DNA of 64,000 nucleotides. Source: Alphaproteobacteria bacterium (GTDB taxonomy: Bacteria; Pseudomonadota; Alphaproteobacteria; JAEULC01). The number at the start of each line of letters is the position of its first letter. The first letter of the stretch is position 1. Made by a program: the position numbers and the translations under genes. The stretch covers positions 3,979 through 67,978 of the forward strand of contig JADLEG010000174.1 of assembly GCA_020846275.1 (NCBI GenBank), written 5' to 3'. Below, piece after piece: positions 29,066 to 38,950 of this stretch. Below the pieces are notes generated by a model. That model worked only from the letters and a program-made list of their open reading frames with translations, ran no database searches and was not told the DNA's origin.

Positions 29066-30055
29066 ATGGCAACCAGATTCATCGCCGCGCTGCTGGCAAC
29101 GGGCATGGTCGCAACGTCGACCACGGCCATGGCGGCCGACTACACGATCAGGTTCGCTTCGGCCCTGGCGCCGGAGATGAACCATTCGCGCTCGATGGAG
29201 CTGTTCAAGAAGGAGGTCGAGGCGGAAAGCAAGGGCAGGGTGGGGGTCGAGCTGTTCTTCGGCGGCTCGCTGGGCGGCACCAAAGAACTGCTGGACCAGG
29301 TCAAGGCCGGCACCATCCAGATGAGCGTGGCGACCACCGGCTTCATGACGGCCTACGCGCCCAAGCTGGGCGTGCTGAATTTCCCCTTCCTGTTCAAGAG
29401 CCGCGAGGCGGCGATCAAGCTGCTGGACGGTCCGTTCGGCCAGGAGATCGACAAGCTGGTCGGCGCGGTGGGGTTCAAGGCCCTGGGCTTCGAGGAGGTG
29501 GGCTGGCGCAACACCATCAATCGCCTGCGGCCGATCGCCGGCATCAAGGACATGCAGGGCATGAAGATACGCCTGCAGCCGATCCGGGTGCATGTCGAAA
29601 CCTACCGGCTTCTGGGCGCCAATCCCGTGGCGATGGACTTCAAGGAGCTCTACACGGCGCTCCAGCAGGGCGTGATCGATGCCATGGAAGCCAACTATCA
29701 GAACGTCCACGACCAGCGATTCTACGAGGTCGCGGGCTACCTGAGCGAGTTGCCGCTTTTCTATGACGTGTTGGGACGCTGGATCAACAAGCCTTACTGG
29801 GACGCGCTGCCGGCCGACATGAAGGCGGTGATCGAGAAGGCGAGCGCCAAGGCGGTCGCGTATCAGCGAGACGTCGCGGAGAAGGAGGACGCCGAGGCGC
29901 TGCAGAAGATGATCAAGGCCGGCGTCAAGTTCAACAAGGTCGACCCGGCGCAACTCGAAGAATTCCGCAAAACCACGGCCCCGATCTACCAGAAATTCGA
30001 AAGCGAGTTCGGCAAGGACCTGATGGACACGGTCCTGAAGGCGGCCCGAGGTTAG
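29066..30055 (+). CDS. TRAP transporter substrate-binding protein (DctP family)
   Basis: Signal peptide MATRFIAALLATGMVATSTTAMA and the DctP fold. The gene order here is Q-M-P. Confidence 0.8.
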   Translation: MATRFIAALLATGMVATSTTAMAADYTIRFASALAPEMNHSRSMELFKKEVEAESKGRVGVELFFGGSLGGTKELLDQVKAGTIQMSVATTGFMTAYAPKLGVLNFPFLFKSREAAIKLLDGPFGQEIDKLVGAVGFKALGFEEVGWRNTINRLRPIAGIKDMQGMKIRLQPIRVHVETYRLLGANPVAMDFKELYTALQQGVIDAMEANYQNVHDQRFYEVAGYLSELPLFYDVLGRWINKPYWDALPADMKAVIEKASAKAVAYQRDVAEKEDAEALQKMIKAGVKFNKVDPAQLEEFRKTTAPIYQKFESEFGKDLMDTVLKAARG

Positions 30056-30070
30056 GCGTCTGGTTCGGCG

Positions 30071-30098
30071 AAGGGCGGCCGCGTTGCCGTCCTTCGTC
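30071..30098. terminator. Candidate bidirectional stem-loop between the convergent dctP(+) and hyuB(-) genes
   Basis: CGAAGGGCGGCCGCGTTGCCGTCCTTCG has outer CGAAGG/CCTTCG arms. The inner stem is imperfect. Confidence 0.2.
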
Positions 30099-30103
30099 CG
30101 GCC

Positions 30104-31765
30104 TTACGCCCTGACGGCCGTGCCGCGCTTCAGGTCGACGCGCACGCCATAATCGCGCAGCGCCCCTTCCGCGGTCACCAACCCGCTACGTACGTCGGCC
30201 AGCACCAGCTCCGGCGGGCGCCTGGCTGGATCGCCAAACCCGCCACCGCCCGCCTCGAACAGGCTGATCACGTCGCCCGGGTTCAGCACGAACCGGCCCT
30301 TCGGATTGACCGGCTTGCCGTTGATCTGATACCCGCGCAGCCGCCCGGCCTTGCCGCCCTGGAACCCCTTGGCGGGGAACTGCGTGCGCTGGCCCATGAA
30401 GGCCACGGTCAGCAGGTTGCCCGTGTCATTGACCAGGACCACTTCCTGGCCCACGCCACCGCGCGCCGCGCCGGGCCCGCCGGAATCGGGCAGCAGTTCG
30501 CGCCGCTCGACCGTCATGCTGGTGATGTTCTCCCACATTTCGGTCGGCACGACCCCCATGTTCGACGGGGCTGGCGTAGTGGGCGCGCCATCCATGCCCG
30601 CCAGGGCGCCGAAGCCGCCGGCCAGGAAGAACAGGCTCGCGATGCCCCGCCCGTCGCGGTTGGTACCTTGGACGTTGAAGATGTTCATCATGCCGACATC
30701 GGCCTGCACGCGATCGGGCACTGCATCCTGCATCGCGCCCATCATCAGCGGCACGATGAAATGACCGACGGCGTGGCGGCCGGCGGTCGGGAAGGGGACC
30801 TGGGTGTTCAGGATGCAGCCCTCGGGCGCCGTCACGTTGATCGGCCGCACCGACCCTTCGTTGTTGGGCGTCCCCGGCGTGGTCAGGCACTTGATCGAAT
30901 AGGCGGCCCAGGCGCGCGTGTAGCAGAACGGCACGTTGATCGCCGCGCGCACGCTGTCGCCGGTGCCTGCGAAGTCGACGACCACGCTGTCGTCCTTCTT
31001 CGTGATGGTGCAGGCAAGCGGGATTGCCTCGTTCACGCCTTCGATATCGATGCGATTCTTGTAGATTCCGTCCGGGATGGTACGGATGCGTTCGCGCATG
31101 GTGCGCTCGGACTGCGCCAGGATCGCGGTCGACAGCGGCACAAGGTCGTCCAGCCCGTACTCGTCCATGAACTCGAGCAGCAATCGGCCGCCCACCTCGT
31201 TGCACGAGATGTTGGCCATGATATCGCCGATCACCTGCTCGTTGACGCGCACGTTGGTGCGGATCAGCTCCATCAGCTCGGTATCCAGCACGCCGGCGCG
31301 CATCAACTTGCAGACGGGCAGGCGCAGCCCCTCCTCGTAGATCTGGGTCGGCCCGGCAGACACGCCGACGCCGCCGATGTCCGGCAGATGCGTGATGCTG
31401 AGCGTGTAGCCGACCAGCTTGTCCTTGCGGAAGACGGGCCGCATCACGTTGATGTCGTAGAGATGCCCCGTGCCCATCCAGGGATCGTTGGTGGCCACGA
31501 TATCGCCGGGCCGCAGCGTCGCCGGCGGATATTTGCGCAGCATGTGTCGCAGGGTCGGCGCGGCCGTGCCGGTGAAGGACGGCACGCTGTAGCTGCCTTG
31601 CGCGATGGGCACGCCGTTGGCATCGAACAGGACGCAGGACAGGTCGTAGCTCTCGCGCACATTGATCGAAAAGGATGTGCGGATCAGTGAAGAGACGATC
31701 TCGTCGGTGATCGAGATCAGGCGATCCCACAGGATGCCCAGGCTGACGGCGTCGAATTCCTTCAT
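30104..31765 (-). CDS. hydantoinase B / 5-oxoprolinase family protein (HyuB)
   Basis: 553 aa with Hydantoinase_B motifs. It overlaps the hyuA stop by 4 nt (ATGA). Confidence 0.8.
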   Translation of the reverse strand: MKEFDAVSLGILWDRLISITDEIVSSLIRTSFSINVRESYDLSCVLFDANGVPIAQGSYSVPSFTGTAAPTLRHMLRKYPPATLRPGDIVATNDPWMGTGHLYDINVMRPVFRKDKLVGYTLSITHLPDIGGVGVSAGPTQIYEEGLRLPVCKLMRAGVLDTELMELIRTNVRVNEQVIGDIMANISCNEVGGRLLLEFMDEYGLDDLVPLSTAILAQSERTMRERIRTIPDGIYKNRIDIEGVNEAIPLACTITKKDDSVVVDFAGTGDSVRAAINVPFCYTRAWAAYSIKCLTTPGTPNNEGSVRPINVTAPEGCILNTQVPFPTAGRHAVGHFIVPLMMGAMQDAVPDRVQADVGMMNIFNVQGTNRDGRGIASLFFLAGGFGALAGMDGAPTTPAPSNMGVVPTEMWENITSMTVERRELLPDSGGPGAARGGVGQEVVLVNDTGNLLTVAFMGQRTQFPAKGFQGGKAGRLRGYQINGKPVNPKGRFVLNPGDVISLFEAGGGGFGDPARRPPELVLADVRSGLVTAEGALRDYGVRVDLKRGTAVRA

Positions 31766-33861
31766 GCTGACCCTGCCTCCGGCACGATGTCCGCCACGAG
31801 ATTGAAGCGTTCGTCGACCACGACCCGGTCGCCCGCGCCGATCACGCAGGTCGACTCATTTTCCTCGATCAGCGCGGGACCCATCACGTTGGCGCCGGGC
31901 TTCAGCGCGTAGCGGTCGAACACCGGGAAGTCCGCATAACCTGATTGCTCGGCCGAATAGGCGCGGCGCGTGCCCTTCTGCGCCGATTTGGACGCGCCAG
32001 CATGGCCGAGCTGGAACCCGGTTCGCATCGGTGGCAAAGGACCTACGGCCTCGACCTTCCAGGCGGCGATCTCGAGCCGCTGGTCCAGAAAGCTGATGGA
32101 AAACACGCTTTCGTAGGCCTTGGCGAACAGCTCGGGAATGCGCCTCAGCAGCTCCGCTTCGTCGCCCTCGGGGAGGGTCACCTCCAACTCGTAGCCCTGG
32201 CCGAAATAGCGGACGTCCAGGCGGCGGACGATGCGGATGTCCTTGGCGGCGGTCTGGCTGGCGCGCAGGTACCCGGTCGTCTCCTTCACCAGCGGTGCGA
32301 ACCGGGCGGCAAGGCCGTCTTCCGTCAGCGAGTCCAGGAACACGACCTCGGATTTCACGATCTCGAACGAGCGGGGGCTGGCCAGCAGGCCGAATGCCGA
32401 CATCACCCCTGCGCCGACCGGGAAGATCACCCGGGGGATCTTCAGCTTGCGTGCGATGCGCATGGCATGGACGGGGCCCGAGCCGCCGAAGGCGATCATG
32501 CTGCAGCCCCGATAGTCGAATCCGCGTTCCGAGGCGTGGACGCGGAAGGCCCTGGCGACGTCCTCGTTGATGATCTCGTGGATGCCCCAGGCCGCACGGT
32601 CCAGCGCCAGGTTCAGGGGCTTGCCGACATTCTTCTCGATCGCCCGCTTCGCCGCCGCCAGGTCCAGCTTCATCCCGCCGCCCAGGAAGAAGCCGGGATC
32701 GAGGTAGCCCAGCACCAGATTGGCGTCGGTCAGCGTCGGCGCCGTGCCGCCGCGCCCGTAACATGCAGGTCCCGGATCGGCGCCGGCGCTGTGCGGGCCG
32801 ACGCGGATGACACCGCGATCGTCCACGCTGCCGATGCTTCCGCCGCCCGCGCCGATTTCGATCATGTCGATGACCGGCACCTTCACCGGCAGGCCGCTGC
32901 CACGCTTGAATTCGTGGACCCGCGCGACCTCCATCTCGTATTTCTTCAGCGGGTTCATGTCGCGCACCAACGAACCCTTGGCGGTCGTGCCTCCCATGTC
33001 GAACGAAAGAAGGTTGGGCAGGTCCAGCGTGCGGCCGTGATGGGCCGACATCAGCACGCCGGCCGCCGGGCCGGATTCCAGCATCCGCACCGGATAGCGC
33101 CGGGCCAGGGCCGGGGTCACCGTGCCGCCGTTCGAAGCCATGATCGACAGGATGCCCTTGAAGCCGATCTTGCGCAGCCCGCCCTCCAGATTGGCGAGGT
33201 AGCGGTCCACCATCGGTTGGGCATAGGCGTTTATCGTCGTCGTGGTCCAGCGCTCGTACTCGCGCAGGAACGGGAATATCTCGGCTGAGGTGGACACGAA
33301 CAGATCGGGAAACTCCCGTTCGACCAGGGCGCGGATGGCCAATTCGTGTTCGGGATTGGCATAGGCGTGCAGCAGGCAGACTGCCAGCGCCTTGATCTGG
33401 TGGTTGTCCACCAGCGAGCGAATGCCCGCGCGCGCCTCCTCCAGCGACACTTTCTGGCGCACGCTGCCGTCGAACAGCACGCGCTCATCCAGCTCCACCC
33501 GGCGCTCGCGCGGCACGATCGGCGGCGGGAAGACCAGGCGCAGGTCGAACAGGTCGTAACGCCGCTCCAGGCCGATATCCAGGACGTCGCGAAATCCCTT
33601 GGTCACCAGCATGCCGGTCACGGCACCCTTGCGCTCGATGACCGCATTGGTGACCAAGGTGGTTCCGTGCACGATCTCGGCGATATCGTTGACCGACACG
33701 TTTTCGCGCCGAACAAGCAGATCCACGCCCTCGATGACGGCAAGCGAGGGATCCTTGGGCGTGGTGAGCTGCTTGTGGATCGCCATCCTTCCGGCGGTTT
33801 CGTCGAACAAGGCGAAATCGGTGAACGTGCCGCCGATATCGACGCCAATGCGAAACGTCAT
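31762..33861 (-). CDS. hydantoinase A / 5-oxoprolinase family protein (HyuA)
   Basis: The most plausible start is MTFRIGVDIGGTFTDF at 33861. The track ORF extends to 33945. Confidence 0.8.
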   Translation of the reverse strand: MTFRIGVDIGGTFTDFALFDETAGRMAIHKQLTTPKDPSLAVIEGVDLLVRRENVSVNDIAEIVHGTTLVTNAVIERKGAVTGMLVTKGFRDVLDIGLERRYDLFDLRLVFPPPIVPRERRVELDERVLFDGSVRQKVSLEEARAGIRSLVDNHQIKALAVCLLHAYANPEHELAIRALVEREFPDLFVSTSAEIFPFLREYERWTTTTINAYAQPMVDRYLANLEGGLRKIGFKGILSIMASNGGTVTPALARRYPVRMLESGPAAGVLMSAHHGRTLDLPNLLSFDMGGTTAKGSLVRDMNPLKKYEMEVARVHEFKRGSGLPVKVPVIDMIEIGAGGGSIGSVDDRGVIRVGPHSAGADPGPACYGRGGTAPTLTDANLVLGYLDPGFFLGGGMKLDLAAAKRAIEKNVGKPLNLALDRAAWGIHEIINEDVARAFRVHASERGFDYRGCSMIAFGGSGPVHAMRIARKLKIPRVIFPVGAGVMSAFGLLASPRSFEIVKSEVVFLDSLTEDGLAARFAPLVKETTGYLRASQTAAKDIRIVRRLDVRYFGQGYELEVTLPEGDEAELLRRIPELFAKAYESVFSISFLDQRLEIAAWKVEAVGPLPPMRTGFQLGHAGASKSAQKGTRRAYSAEQSGYADFPVFDRYALKPGANVMGPALIEENESTCVIGAGDRVVVDERFNLVADIVPEAGSA

Positions 33862-33970
33862 AGGACTGCGCTCTCCTGGTCCAAGCTCCGCTGTCCAGTT
33901 CCGGTGATCTGCGTCCCTGGAGTCGTCGGAACGGGCGGTGGGCAATGCCGGATTGTCTTGGTCGCGCCGA

Positions 33971-34747
33971 TCACTTCGCGTTGCGGCCTGCGCCGGCCAG
34001 CAACTCCCGACCGGCGCCCACCAACCAGGCGGCGGGGGAGATCATGACGAAATCGGCCCCGCGCGCGATCGCCTCGCGAGCGCTGGCAAGGTCCGCGGCC
34101 GGCAGGGATACCCACTTCTTGTGCGCCTTGGCGCGCGCGATAATATGGTCGATGGCCTGCTGCACCGCCGGGACGTTGCGGTTGCCGCCATGGCCCATCG
34201 ATTGCGACAGATCGCTCGGACCGATCACCAGTACGTCCACCCCGTCGGTCGCGGCGATCGCTTCCACGTTCTTCAGGCCGGATGCGGTCTCGATCATCGG
34301 CATGCAGAGCACTTCCCGGTTTGCGAGCGCCATGTATTCGGCCAGACCCATCGAGGAGCCGTAGCCCGCGGCACGCGTCGTGCCGGCAAGGCCGCGGCTG
34401 CCGCGCGGCGCATAGCGCACGGCCGCAGCCGCCGCTTCGGCCTCCGCGCGTGAGTCGACATGCGGCACCTGGATGCCGACGGCGCCGATATCCAGGAAGC
34501 GCAGGAATTCGTGCGGCTGGTTGGTGGGGATGCGCACCAGCGGCGCGATCCCGGCTTGCTCGGCGGCACGGATCATCAGTTCCGCGCTTTCCGGTCCCAG
34601 CGGCCCGTGTTCGGCGTCCAGCATCACGAAGTCGAAGCCGATGGCGCCCGCCATGTCGACGAACCACGCCGAATTGAAGTTCACGTTGGGGCCGAAGACC
34701 GGATGCCCTTCGGCAAGGCGCCGTCGGACGCGATTGGCGCTGATCAT
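33971..34747 (-). CDS. HpcH/HpaI aldolase family protein (second copy)
   Basis: The start is at MISANRVRRRLAEGHPVFG. Motifs DFVMLDAEHG and GIQVPHVDSRAEAEA are present. The overlapping track ORF 33858-34802 in another frame has no recognisable similarity. Confidence 0.75.
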   Translation of the reverse strand: MISANRVRRRLAEGHPVFGPNVNFNSAWFVDMAGAIGFDFVMLDAEHGPLGPESAELMIRAAEQAGIAPLVRIPTNQPHEFLRFLDIGAVGIQVPHVDSRAEAEAAAAAVRYAPRGSRGLAGTTRAAGYGSSMGLAEYMALANREVLCMPMIETASGLKNVEAIAATDGVDVLVIGPSDLSQSMGHGGNRNVPAVQQAIDHIIARAKAHKKWVSLPAADLASAREAIARGADFVMISPAAWLVGAGRELLAGAGRNAK

Positions 34748-35160
34748 CGTGCCGACTTCTTCGTCTTCGTGGAGCGACGCGGCGGCAGGGCAGCGATGGC
34801 ATCGATCTCGACCACGAAGCTGGGGCCCAGGCGTGCCTGCACGCAGATGCGTGCGGGCGGCTCTTTCGGAAAGAACGTCTCCCACTCCGTGTTGAAGGCC
34901 GGGAAATCGTCCATGTCGGACAGGAAGCAAGACATCTTCAGCACGTGGCGCATATCGCTGCCGGCGGCCTTCAGCACCGACTCAACGTTCTTCAAGACCT
35001 GTCTGGTCTGGGGGCCCGCGCCGCCCGGCGGCACCTTGCCGGTTGCAGGAACGCGCGCCACCATGCCGGAGACATAGACCACGTCGCCGTGGATGATGGC
35101 CTGGGAGATCCGCGCGCGCCCGGCCGGAACGCGATCGGTATGGACGACCTTGCGCTTCAT
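34744..35160 (-). CDS. RidA family (YjgF/TdcF) reactive enamine/imine deaminase
   Basis: 138 aa from MKRKVVHTD. The conserved C-terminal region is PSFVVEIDAIAAL. It overlaps the hpcH start by 4 nt. Confidence 0.75.
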   Translation of the reverse strand: MKRKVVHTDRVPAGRARISQAIIHGDVVYVSGMVARVPATGKVPPGGAGPQTRQVLKNVESVLKAAGSDMRHVLKMSCFLSDMDDFPAFNTEWETFFPKEPPARICVQARLGPSFVVEIDAIAALPPRRSTKTKKSAR

Positions 35161-35190
35161 GGAGCTTCCCTCGATTGCCGCAATGCAGAT

Positions 35191-35208
35191 TGGTTTAACG
35201 TTTGCGTG
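35191..35208. promoter_or_regulatory. Operator-like motif TGGTTTAACGTTTGCGTG, 31-48 bp upstream of the ridA start
   Basis: It is near-identical to the motif at 26392-26409. Confidence 0.3.
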
Positions 35209-35275
35209 CGGCCAAGATTGCCAGAGAGGGCGCGGTTCCGTCAAGCGTCGCCAAGCTGGCGAGGGCGCGACTGGT

Positions 35276-35944
35276 CTAGCGTACGCCGGCCTGGCGCGAG
35301 GCTTGCGCGAAGGAGAGGCCGCGGCGCACGCCACGCATGATCCGCGCGTCCGCGGCGTCCTGGGCCGCCGCCAGCGTCGCGATCTCCGCCGCGCGCTCCA
35401 CCGGCACCACAACGACGCCGGATCCGTCGCCCAGCAGGATGTCGCCGGGCCGTACGAGCACTCCGTCGATCCGCACCGGCTGGTTGATCGACACGATCTT
35501 GATGCGGCCCTTGCCGGTTATCGGCACGACGTGGCGGGCGAAGATGGGAAAACGCAGCTTTGCGACCTGGTCGACGTCGCGCACGCCGCCATCCACCAGA
35601 AGACCGCCGATGCGCTTGCGGGCGGCGGCGAAGGAGGCGACGCCGCCCCAGGTCGAGACCGGCTGGCCGCCATTGTCGACGGCGATGACATCGCCGCGGC
35701 GGGCGGCGTCGATCATTTCGCCCAGCGGCAGTTCCTCTGGCCCGTAGCGGCCGTACTCGCCCGTCACCTCCATCACGGTGAAGGCTGGCCCGCAAAAGCG
35801 CATGCCCGGCCCGACCGCCTTGATGCCGCGCACCACGCCGGGCAGGCCCAGCTTGTCGAATACGTTGCTGATTGTGCCCGTGCTGAAGCGCTTGAGACGC
35901 GCGACGATCGCGGCCGGCGGCCGCTCGATCATTCCCTTGATCAT
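35276..35944 (-). CDS. RraA-like protein (4-hydroxy-4-methyl-2-oxoglutarate aldolase / oxaloacetate decarboxylase family)
   Basis: GDVIAVDNGG ... GGLLVDGGVRDVDQV is the RraA/MenG-like signature. Confidence 0.8.
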   Translation of the reverse strand: MIKGMIERPPAAIVARLKRFSTGTISNVFDKLGLPGVVRGIKAVGPGMRFCGPAFTVMEVTGEYGRYGPEELPLGEMIDAARRGDVIAVDNGGQPVSTWGGVASFAAARKRIGGLLVDGGVRDVDQVAKLRFPIFARHVVPITGKGRIKIVSINQPVRIDGVLVRPGDILLGDGSGVVVVPVERAAEIATLAAAQDAADARIMRGVRRGLSFAQASRQAGVR

Positions 35945-35966
35945 GCCATGAGCCTCCGCAAGGCGA

Positions 35967-37250
35967 TCAGAACCCGAGCGAGCGCGGCAGCCACAAGGTC
36001 AGCGGCGGAAAGAGGATCACCGCCAGGATCACGACGGATTCGAGGATACAGAAAGGCAGTATCGCCCACGACAGACGCTCCAGCGATATGTTGCCGAGGG
36101 TGCATGTCAGGAACAGAATCAGGCCTACGGGCGGCGTAATCATTCCGACCAGCACGGTCATGCAGAATACCAGGCCGAACTGGATGTCGGGAATGCCCAG
36201 CTTGGCCGCCACCGGCGCCATAAGCGGCGCCAGTGCGATGATCATTGGCGTCGCCTCCATGACCGTGCCAATGATCGTCAAGGCAGCGAAGGAGATCAGC
36301 ATGTATACGACAGGGTCACCGGAAACCGACGCCACGAAGTCGGCCAGCAGGGCGGTTGCCTGGTTGCGCGTCAGGATCCACGAGATGATCGCACCGGTAC
36401 CCATCAGCATGCCCAGGACGGCGCTGGTGGTTGCGGCATAAAGCGTGGATTGATAGATGTCGCGGAGTCGCAGTTCGCGCGTGAACAGGAACCCGATCAC
36501 CAGCACGTAGATCACGGCGATTGCCGCCGATTCCGTGACCGTGACGACGCCGCCCGTAATGCCGACGATGATGATGAGGGGCAGTACGAGGATGGGCAGC
36601 ACCTGAACCGTGCTGGCGCCGATCTCGCGCAGGCTCGGACGCGGATAAACTTCGATCTGGGTGTCGTTGCGGGTCTTGTACCAGGCCCATGCCAGCAGCG
36701 CCAAGGCCATGACCAGGCCGGGCAGCGCACCTGCCAGAAACATTCCGACGATCGAGATGTTACCGACCGCCAGGGCATAGATGATGAAGGCCACGCTTGG
36801 CGGGATGATCGGGCCCAGCATCGACGTGGCGGCCGTCAGCGCACAGCTGAAGCCGCGGTCATAGCCCGCCTTCTGCATCATCCCCAGCATGATGCGCCCC
36901 AGACTTGCAAGATCGGCGATCGCCGTGCCGCTGATGCCGGAAAAGATTGTCATCGAAATGACGTTCATATAGGCGATGCCGCCGCGCATCCACCCGACCA
37001 GGATCTTCAGCCACGCGACCAGGCGCGGAATGAGTCCGGCGCGTTCGGCGAGGTCGCCGACCATGATGAACAGGGGCACGGCCAGCAGGGGAAAACTGTC
37101 CAGCGCGTAGTACATGCGCCGGACGAGAAGTCCGGGCGGCAGCGCTTCCCAGAACAGGATGTAGGCTCCGCCCGCGAGCCCGAAGCAGAATGCGATCGGG
37201 ACACCGACCAGAAAACTCGCGGTGAAGACGACGGTGACGACGGTCAGCAT
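35967..37250 (-). CDS. TRAP transporter large permease (DctM)
   Basis: 427 aa with a DctM topology. Confidence 0.85.
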   Translation of the reverse strand: MLTVVTVVFTASFLVGVPIAFCFGLAGGAYILFWEALPPGLLVRRMYYALDSFPLLAVPLFIMVGDLAERAGLIPRLVAWLKILVGWMRGGIAYMNVISMTIFSGISGTAIADLASLGRIMLGMMQKAGYDRGFSCALTAATSMLGPIIPPSVAFIIYALAVGNISIVGMFLAGALPGLVMALALLAWAWYKTRNDTQIEVYPRPSLREIGASTVQVLPILVLPLIIIVGITGGVVTVTESAAIAVIYVLVIGFLFTRELRLRDIYQSTLYAATTSAVLGMLMGTGAIISWILTRNQATALLADFVASVSGDPVVYMLISFAALTIIGTVMEATPMIIALAPLMAPVAAKLGIPDIQFGLVFCMTVLVGMITPPVGLILFLTCTLGNISLERLSWAILPFCILESVVILAVILFPPLTLWLPRSLGF

Positions 37251-37253
37251 CGG

Positions 37254-37763
37254 CTATTCCGTCAATTGCTGCTGCTCGGGCGCAGCATCGGGACGCACCC
37301 AATCTTCGACAACCAGATAGATCTGGTGGTAGACCAACAGGCCAAAGCCGATCGGCACCGAGATCATGCCCCAGAGGCCGTTGATGCCCAACGACGGATC
37401 GGTCGTGCCTGCGGAAATGCTCAGCGCCTGCGCCGTTCCCGCGAGCACCATGCCGTAGAAGATCAGCGAGCCGATATGCGCGAGATAGATCACGGCCCTG
37501 GCTGCCGGCCGCGGCAGCCTGCGCTGCAGCAGGTCCATGCCGACATGCGCCTTCACCCGCAGCGCCAAACCGCAGCCCAGCAGAAAAAACCATACCAGAA
37601 GCAGGCGCGAGGCCGATTCGACGAACGAGACGGAAAACCCGGTGATATACCGACCCAAGATTCCCAGGGTTAAAAACAGGAGCAGAATCAGGCCGATCGC
37701 GACGGAGAGCACTTCCGTGACGCGGACGATCGCCGTATCCAGGACTTTCCATGCCCGCATCAA
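37254..37763 (-). CDS. TRAP transporter small permease (DctQ)
   Basis: 169 aa with four TM segments. Confidence 0.75.
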   Translation of the reverse strand: MMRAWKVLDTAIVRVTEVLSVAIGLILLLFLTLGILGRYITGFSVSFVESASRLLLVWFFLLGCGLALRVKAHVGMDLLQRRLPRPAARAVIYLAHIGSLIFYGMVLAGTAQALSISAGTTDPSLGINGLWGMISVPIGFGLLVYHQIYLVVEDWVRPDAAPEQQQLTE

Positions 37764-37822
37764 ACTTCACCTCTGGATGCGCGCCCGATACGTTGGCGCC
37801 AGCCTATCAAGCGGGTGGGCTC

Positions 37823-37850
37823 GTCCCGGTCATGCACCGGCCGCCGGGAC
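37823..37850 (-). other. Intercistronic stem-loop between dctP and dctQ (GTCCCGG ... CCGGGAC, 7-bp stem)
   Basis: Read directly from the sequence. It parallels the hairpins that follow the binding-protein genes at 19054 and 51279. Confidence 0.25.
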
Positions 37851-37867
37851 GGGCGCGGGCAACCACC

Positions 37868-38878
37868 CTATTTGGCCGCAATGGCTTTGCGCAAGGCCGA
37901 CAGGTTTGGTTCGAACTTCGGGCCCATCTCGTCGTAGAGAGGCTTCACGGCCGCTTGCAGCGCTGCGATCGTCTCCTTCGGCACATCGTTGAGCTTGGCG
38001 CCTGAAGCCACCAGCGCGCGCTGGGCCTGCGATTCCGCGTTGCGCGTGATCACGACGCTGGCGATCTCGGCCGCGCGCATCGCGCTGGTCACGGCTTGCT
38101 GCTCGTCCGGGGCCAGGCCGTTGAAGAACTTCTGGTTGATGTAGACCAGAAAGACGTCGAAGTTGTGCCGGGTTTCGGAGATGAACGGCGCGACCTGGTT
38201 ATACTTGGCGGACAGGATGATCGGGAAGGTCGATTCAAGACCGTCGATCACGCCGCTCTGCACTGCCTGGAACTGCTCGCCCGCATCCATCGCGACCGGA
38301 TTGGCCTTCAGCGCGCGGAACGCGCCGATATAGACGGGAGAATTCTGGACCCGGATCTTCAGCCCGGCAAAATCCTCGGCTTTCATGATCGGCCGCACGC
38401 GTGTCGCGGCGTTGCGGAACCCGACCGGGATGACGCCCAGGATCTTGATTCCCGAAGCCGCTTCTGCGTCGGCGGCGATCTTGCGGACCGCGTCGGACTG
38501 CATCATGCGCTCGGCCTGGTCCCAGTCGGTGACCAGGTAAGGCAGCGACAGCACATCGACCTGGTTATAGAAACGGCTGAACCAGGCGGGCGTGGAGATG
38601 AACATCTCCTGAGTCCCCTGCTTGACGCCCTCGAGTTCCTCGACCACCGGGCCGAGCTGCAACGAGACGAAAATCTGTACCTGAACGCGCCCGCCGGTCT
38701 GGCTCTCGACCAGTTTTTTGAAGATTTGCATCGTCTGGCCGTGCGGCGCGTCCGCGCCTTCCGAATGACCGAGCCGGATGATCTTCTGCGCGGCGGCATC
38801 GCTGGCGCCCAAACAAGCGGCTGCTGCTAGCGCGAATGCCCCGTACAGGGCAAGTATTGTACGTCCACCCAATGACAT
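37868..38878 (-). CDS. TRAP transporter substrate-binding protein (DctP family)
   Basis: Signal peptide plus the DctP fold (IIRLGHSEGADAPHG...). Confidence 0.8.
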   Translation of the reverse strand: MSLGGRTILALYGAFALAAAACLGASDAAAQKIIRLGHSEGADAPHGQTMQIFKKLVESQTGGRVQVQIFVSLQLGPVVEELEGVKQGTQEMFISTPAWFSRFYNQVDVLSLPYLVTDWDQAERMMQSDAVRKIAADAEAASGIKILGVIPVGFRNAATRVRPIMKAEDFAGLKIRVQNSPVYIGAFRALKANPVAMDAGEQFQAVQSGVIDGLESTFPIILSAKYNQVAPFISETRHNFDVFLVYINQKFFNGLAPDEQQAVTSAMRAAEIASVVITRNAESQAQRALVASGAKLNDVPKETIAALQAAVKPLYDEMGPKFEPNLSALRKAIAAK

Positions 38879-38938
38879 AGTGCCCCTCCGTTTCCCCTAC
38901 CGCCGGCGCCAATCAAGCCCTACGATAATGCCGGCGAC

Positions 38939-38950
38939 ATTAACGTTAAA
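38939..38950. promoter_or_regulatory. Palindrome ATTAACGTTAAA (TTTAACGTTAAT on the minus strand), 61-72 bp upstream of dctP and in the region divergent from the LacI regulator gene
   Basis: 11 of 12 positions match the palindrome at 29039-29050. Confidence 0.3.

Noticed and set aside
33858-34802. 314-aa minus-strand ORF competing with the HpcH-family ORF
   Set aside because: The alternative frame (33971-34747) carries clear HpcH/HpaI aldolase motifs, while this frame is Arg/Pro-rich with no similarity.
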